The position numbers and the translations under genes are program-made. Below the pieces are notes generated by a model. It had not been told where the DNA came from, did no database searches, and saw only the letters and a program-made list of their open reading frames with translations. A stretch of DNA of 10,833 bases from Candidatus Heimdallarchaeota archaeon (GTDB lineage Archaea > Asgardarchaeota > Heimdallarchaeia > Heimdallarchaeales > Heimdallarchaeaceae): assembly GCA_030668875.1 (NCBI GenBank), contig DAOVER010000076.1, positions 1-10,833 on the forward strand. The letters are read 5' to 3'. The first letter of the stretch is position 1. Every line of letters begins with the position of its first letter. This document shows, piece by piece, positions 7,243 through 10,833 of the stretch.

Positions 7243-7285
7243 AGAAGAATATAACGTATTTAATCTTTTTTCACAATATTCTTCT
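7243..7285. repeat. Perfect 10-bp inverted repeat with a 23-nt spacer upstream of the 450-aa gene
   Basis: AGAAGAATAT (7243-7252) and ATATTCTTCT (7276-7285) are exact reverse complements. Confidence 0.6.
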
Positions 7286-7400
7286 GATACTTGGAAATAA
7301 TAAATTAATAAAAGAGAATTATGTCTTTATAGAATTATATTTTAAAAAAGTGATAGATTTAATTTATCGGTTCAGATATTATAAGACGTTTAACTATCAA

Positions 7401-7420
7401 TTGTTTTAGAAAATTTATTA
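7401..7420 (+). repeat. 20-bp direct repeat, left copy (TTGTTTTAGAAAATTTATTA)
   Basis: Identical to 8980-8999. Confidence 0.9.
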
Positions 7421-7441
7421 TTAATCGAATGATAAGTAGAA

Positions 7442-8881
7442 TCAATTATCGAACGAATCATCATTATCAGTTATTTTCTTGGCTATGGGATTTGTTTTTG
7501 TTTCTTCATTGAAATTCATCCATTCAGTTTCATTTAGGACTCTTTTACTATCCAACCTTCTCGAAGTTTGCTTTGAACCAAATGTTTGAACTTTTATTAA
7601 AAACCATTCAAAAGAACCTTTGAAGTTAAAATAAGCCCATATTCTTACTAATCCCTCGTACCAAAGTATAGCAAATAGAGCAACATACAGAGCATAAGAG
7701 ATTTGACCATAACCAAAAATCCTATCAAAGAAATTTAGGTTTAACCAGTTTCCAATAGTTATGTTCAAGAACCATTCAGGAATTAAATCGAAAATCTCTA
7801 GAGCATATATAGATAAAGCAATCATCCCCCATCTTCTGAAAATCTTGACTAACCAGTTATTAGCAAAGTTTTGACCTCTTCCCCGATATTCTACTAGTCT
7901 GAGAATCATCATAATTATTAGAATCTGTAACCCTATTTGAATAAGAAATGTTGATAGTGAAGGGCGGCAGAAGAAATTAAAAGGTATCCAAAAAATAGCA
8001 ATCACAATCCCAATTATAACAGACACAAAGCCAGATAGAGCAAACCATCTTGGTAAATGTTTATGAGGTTTAGGTTGCGCTAATGCTAGTCCAAGCATCG
8101 ATCCAACAAAAGCAGTTATCAAATAGGGAAAAATAGGTTCCATATCTCCAGTCAAGATGGTCATATACCATGCTTTGAATGAAGCATTCGCGACTTGAAC
8201 ATCAATATAAGGCCAGCTAGTAAACCCTTCAGGGATATACCATGGCATGTTATCAGCCCAATTGTAGACGAATTGTGTCAGTATGAGAAAAATTAGAGCA
8301 AGAGAACCAAAAACAATCATATTTCGTTTGAATCTTTTATATCCGTCCTTTATTAATAGGAAATAAGTTATCAAAGAAGTTATGATTATTGACCAACCAA
8401 TCATCTGCAATGTTTTGATTCTAAAGAAATGTGTCCACAAACGACTAGTATCTGACCAATTTCCGGTTTTAATAGCATCCCCAAGGTATCCATGATATAA
8501 AATAGCTTCAATAACATAATCGGCAATTAACAAAAAGACACCAGTTATTAGTTTTTTCACAAGTAGCTGTTCAGGATTAACTCCTTTTCTTATTCCTCTT
8601 ACCATGCCAAAAGTATTTACTGTGCAAGAAACAAATAAGAATAGAGAATTCCATGTTCCTAAATAAAGCAATATTATAATAGGAATAAGGAAGTAGATGG
8701 GGTACTCGAATAATTTGTTTTGATCAGCTAGAAACCAGTCGAAATCAAAAACATGGTAGAAACTGTGAAAAAAAGTCATTAGAAAAATAGCTAAACCTCT
8801 TGAAAAATCAAGCGTGGCGATTCTACTAGAAGATTCCTTTCTTCCTTCAGGATCAGAGATTGAGGGCTTAAAAAGATTCAT
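7442..8881 (-). CDS. DUF1624 / heparan-alpha-glucosaminide N-acetyltransferase (HGSNAT)-like multi-pass membrane acyltransferase
   Basis: 479 aa with many hydrophobic segments. The N-terminal RIATLDFSRGLAIFLM...H is the RxxxxDxxRG..M signature, and L..IG and PIFPY...FVG..LG motifs occur downstream. Confidence 0.75.
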   Translation of the reverse strand: MNLFKPSISDPEGRKESSSRIATLDFSRGLAIFLMTFFHSFYHVFDFDWFLADQNKLFEYPIYFLIPIIILLYLGTWNSLFLFVSCTVNTFGMVRGIRKGVNPEQLLVKKLITGVFLLIADYVIEAILYHGYLGDAIKTGNWSDTSRLWTHFFRIKTLQMIGWSIIITSLITYFLLIKDGYKRFKRNMIVFGSLALIFLILTQFVYNWADNMPWYIPEGFTSWPYIDVQVANASFKAWYMTILTGDMEPIFPYLITAFVGSMLGLALAQPKPHKHLPRWFALSGFVSVIIGIVIAIFWIPFNFFCRPSLSTFLIQIGLQILIIMMILRLVEYRGRGQNFANNWLVKIFRRWGMIALSIYALEIFDLIPEWFLNITIGNWLNLNFFDRIFGYGQISYALYVALFAILWYEGLVRIWAYFNFKGSFEWFLIKVQTFGSKQTSRRLDSKRVLNETEWMNFNEETKTNPIAKKITDNDDSFDN

Positions 8882-8979
8882 TTTTTATGGAATCTATTAA
8901 GAGCCACTTCTATTAAAATGTTTACTGCTGAGCTCAAAAGTCTATTTCCATATGAAATTGAAATGTGTTGAAACATTAT

Positions 8980-8999
8980 TTGTTTTAGAAAATTTATTA
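8980..8999 (+). repeat. 20-bp direct repeat, right copy, overlapping the candidate pepT BRE/TATA (GAAAA-TTTATTAA, TATA at 8993-9000)
   Basis: Identical to 7401-7420. TTTATTAA lies 31-38 nt upstream of the pepT ATG. Confidence 0.85.
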
Positions 9000-9030
9000 A
9001 ATAGGAAATACACATTTACTGCGAAAGAGA

Positions 9031-10299
9031 ATGCAATTATCAAATGATATCCTTAAATTAATACAAGAAGAAGCAAAAATAAGGTTTCTTCGATATATAC
9101 AAATCAATACAATGTCATCAGAGAAGACTGGAACACATCCTTCAACACCTGAACAACTAGTATTAGGAAAACTTCTAAAAGAAGAATTAACAGAGCTTGG
9201 ACTTGAAAATATCATTCATGATGAGTTTGGATATGTCTATGCAGATTTACAAGCAAGCGAAGGATATGAGAATACCCCCTCTATAGGTTTCATTGCCCAT
9301 ATGGACACTTCTCCTGCAGCGAGTGGGAAGAATGTTAAATACATAATTCACGAGAAATATGATGGTTCTCCAATCACTTTTCCGAAAGATGAGAAACTAT
9401 CAATTACTACAGGAGATTCACCCGAGTTAGCTAAGATGATCGGGATGGATATCATAACTGCTTCAGGAGACACATTATTAGGAGCTGATGATAAAGCGGG
9501 AATTGCTGAAATAATGGCGGCATTAACTGCTTGGAAAAACTATCCTGAGTTAAAACATGGACCTATTATTGTATATTTTACTCCAGATGAAGAAATAGGA
9601 GAAGGCACAGAAAAAATTGATATGGAGAGATTAAATCAGCTTAAATGTGCATATACGATGGATGGTGGAGAGATGGGAGAACTAGAAACTGAGTGTTTTG
9701 ACGCTTGGAAAGCAGAATTTGAGTTTATAGGATTAAGCGTTCACCCAGGATATGCTAAGAATAAAATGATCAATGCTATAAATGTGGCTTCACGTTTCTT
9801 TACCCAAATTCCAGAATATGAGACACCTGAACACACAGAGGATAGAGAAGGTTTTTATCATTTATATGATTTGAGTGGAGGAGAGGAAAATGCAAAAGCG
9901 AAGATGATTTTAAGAGATTTTGAAGTAAACAGAAATAAACAAAGGATGGATTATATAGAATCTCTAAAGAACACTTTTGAAAATCTGTACAAAGGTTTAC
10001 AAATTAATGTTGAATTCACTCATAGTTATGAAAATATGAATATATTCCTTAGTTCTTATCCTGAAATAGTGAAAAAGGCAGAAAAGGCGATATTAGATGC
10101 TGGACTAGAATTGATAAGAACTGCGATCCGTGGTGGTACTGATGGTGCAAGATTATCTGCTAAAGGTCTACCAACACCCAATATTTTTGCAGGTGGGATG
10201 TTGTTTCACTCGAGAAAAGAATACATTCCAACTTTAGCTCTCCAAAAAGCAACAGAAGTTATTCTCTTAATAGCACAAAATTGGATTAATGAAGATTAA
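9031..10299 (+). CDS. pepT: Peptidase T (tripeptide aminopeptidase, M20B)
   Basis: 422 aa. RFLRY...T.S, PST, IGFIAHMDTS, TLLGADDKAGIAEIM, FTPDEEIG, AYT.DGG, VHPGYAK.KM.NA, IRGGTDGA.LS.KGLPTPNIF.G...FH. The metal-ligand motifs are intact. Confidence 0.97.
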   Translation: MQLSNDILKLIQEEAKIRFLRYIQINTMSSEKTGTHPSTPEQLVLGKLLKEELTELGLENIIHDEFGYVYADLQASEGYENTPSIGFIAHMDTSPAASGKNVKYIIHEKYDGSPITFPKDEKLSITTGDSPELAKMIGMDIITASGDTLLGADDKAGIAEIMAALTAWKNYPELKHGPIIVYFTPDEEIGEGTEKIDMERLNQLKCAYTMDGGEMGELETECFDAWKAEFEFIGLSVHPGYAKNKMINAINVASRFFTQIPEYETPEHTEDREGFYHLYDLSGGEENAKAKMILRDFEVNRNKQRMDYIESLKNTFENLYKGLQINVEFTHSYENMNIFLSSYPEIVKKAEKAILDAGLELIRTAIRGGTDGARLSAKGLPTPNIFAGGMLFHSRKEYIPTLALQKATEVILLIAQNWINED

Positions 10300-10413
10300 T
10301 CCAGAAATTTCCTTTCATTTCAAGCAATAGATAGAATCTTAATTTCACGAAATAGTAACATTAAATCAATATCAGACGGAAATAAATTTAACCTATACAA
10401 CTTTTTTACTATC

Positions 10414-10728
10414 ATGCATTTCTATCAACCAGCTGATCCACAACCTTGCTATTATTGTGTCAAAATTAGTAATCAAGAAGAAACAGATTATCCTATTCGT
10501 GAAGGAATATTCACAGTAGAACAGATGATTTTTCGATGCTCATGGCACGCTCAATTTGAATGTTCAAGATGCGGGAAATTTCATCATTACAGTTGGTTAT
10601 ACTGGTGCCCCAAAACTGAAGAATTGATTTGTGGTTCATGTAACAAACCTTCAATGAAACCTGTTAGATTCTGGGACAGAACATATGCTTATAATATGTT
10701 TTTACCTTTTTGTCTTATTAGCTTGTAA
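10414..10728 (+). CDS. Cys/His-rich putative multi-zinc-finger protein; the C-terminus is unreliable
   Basis: CYYC, CSWH, CSRC-GKFHH, C, CGSC within 104 aa. The last ~11 codons enter the compositionally odd terminal region, so the real gene may be longer. Confidence 0.7.
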   Translation: MHFYQPADPQPCYYCVKISNQEETDYPIREGIFTVEQMIFRCSWHAQFECSRCGKFHHYSWLYWCPKTEELICGSCNKPSMKPVRFWDRTYAYNMFLPFCLISL

Positions 10729-10833
10729 AACTAGTAACATTTTCGAGATAGTACAGGTGTTTTTATAGTGAACTCTAGGTCAACGAAGGATGGCAAAGGT
10801 ACTGCGTGCAGAACGTATAGAAGTGGAGTATCA

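Noticed and set aside
8961-9017. 8-bp inverted repeat AAATGTGT / ACACATTT around the pepT TATA
   Set aside because: It is short and AT-rich with a 41-nt spacer, and is expected by chance without conservation data.
8997-9215. 72-aa minus-strand ORF
   Set aside because: It is antisense to the start of pepT, Ser-rich and has no motif.
1-10833. Window as a linear mobile element with terminal inverted repeats
   Set aside because: Comparing the first ~150 nt with the reverse complement of the last ~150 nt shows no alignment. There are no replication, integrase or transposase genes, and the content is chromosomal.

Overview
AT-rich window of ordinary housekeeping and accessory genes mixed with several decayed gene remnants. 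The host is probably an archaeon, plausibly Asgard/Heimdallarchaeia-like; this is inferred from TATA-type promoters and the surface-protein architecture, not from a search. In order, it contains: a 5'-truncated surface protein (beta-helix, 12 Ca-binding DxDxDG repeats, IPEY-TM tail); a frameshifted small membrane-protein gene; a DegV/FakB-family gene; two head-to-head gene remnants (cytosine deaminase and metallo-beta-lactamase fold); a DUF2804 gene; a hidden 5' remnant of a DUF1624-like gene; L-aspartate dehydrogenase (nadX); a 450-aa unknown membrane protein; an intact DUF1624/HGSNAT-like membrane protein flanked by a perfect 20-bp direct repeat; peptidase T (pepT); and a Cys/His-rich zinc-binding protein. 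Both window ends are compositionally anomalous. I saw no CRISPR array, rRNA, tRNA, transposase, integrase or reverse transcriptase. I cannot claim a complete novel system. The best leads are the repeat-bounded single-gene cassette, the decay cluster at 1.5-4.9 kb, and the DegV with atypical motifs.
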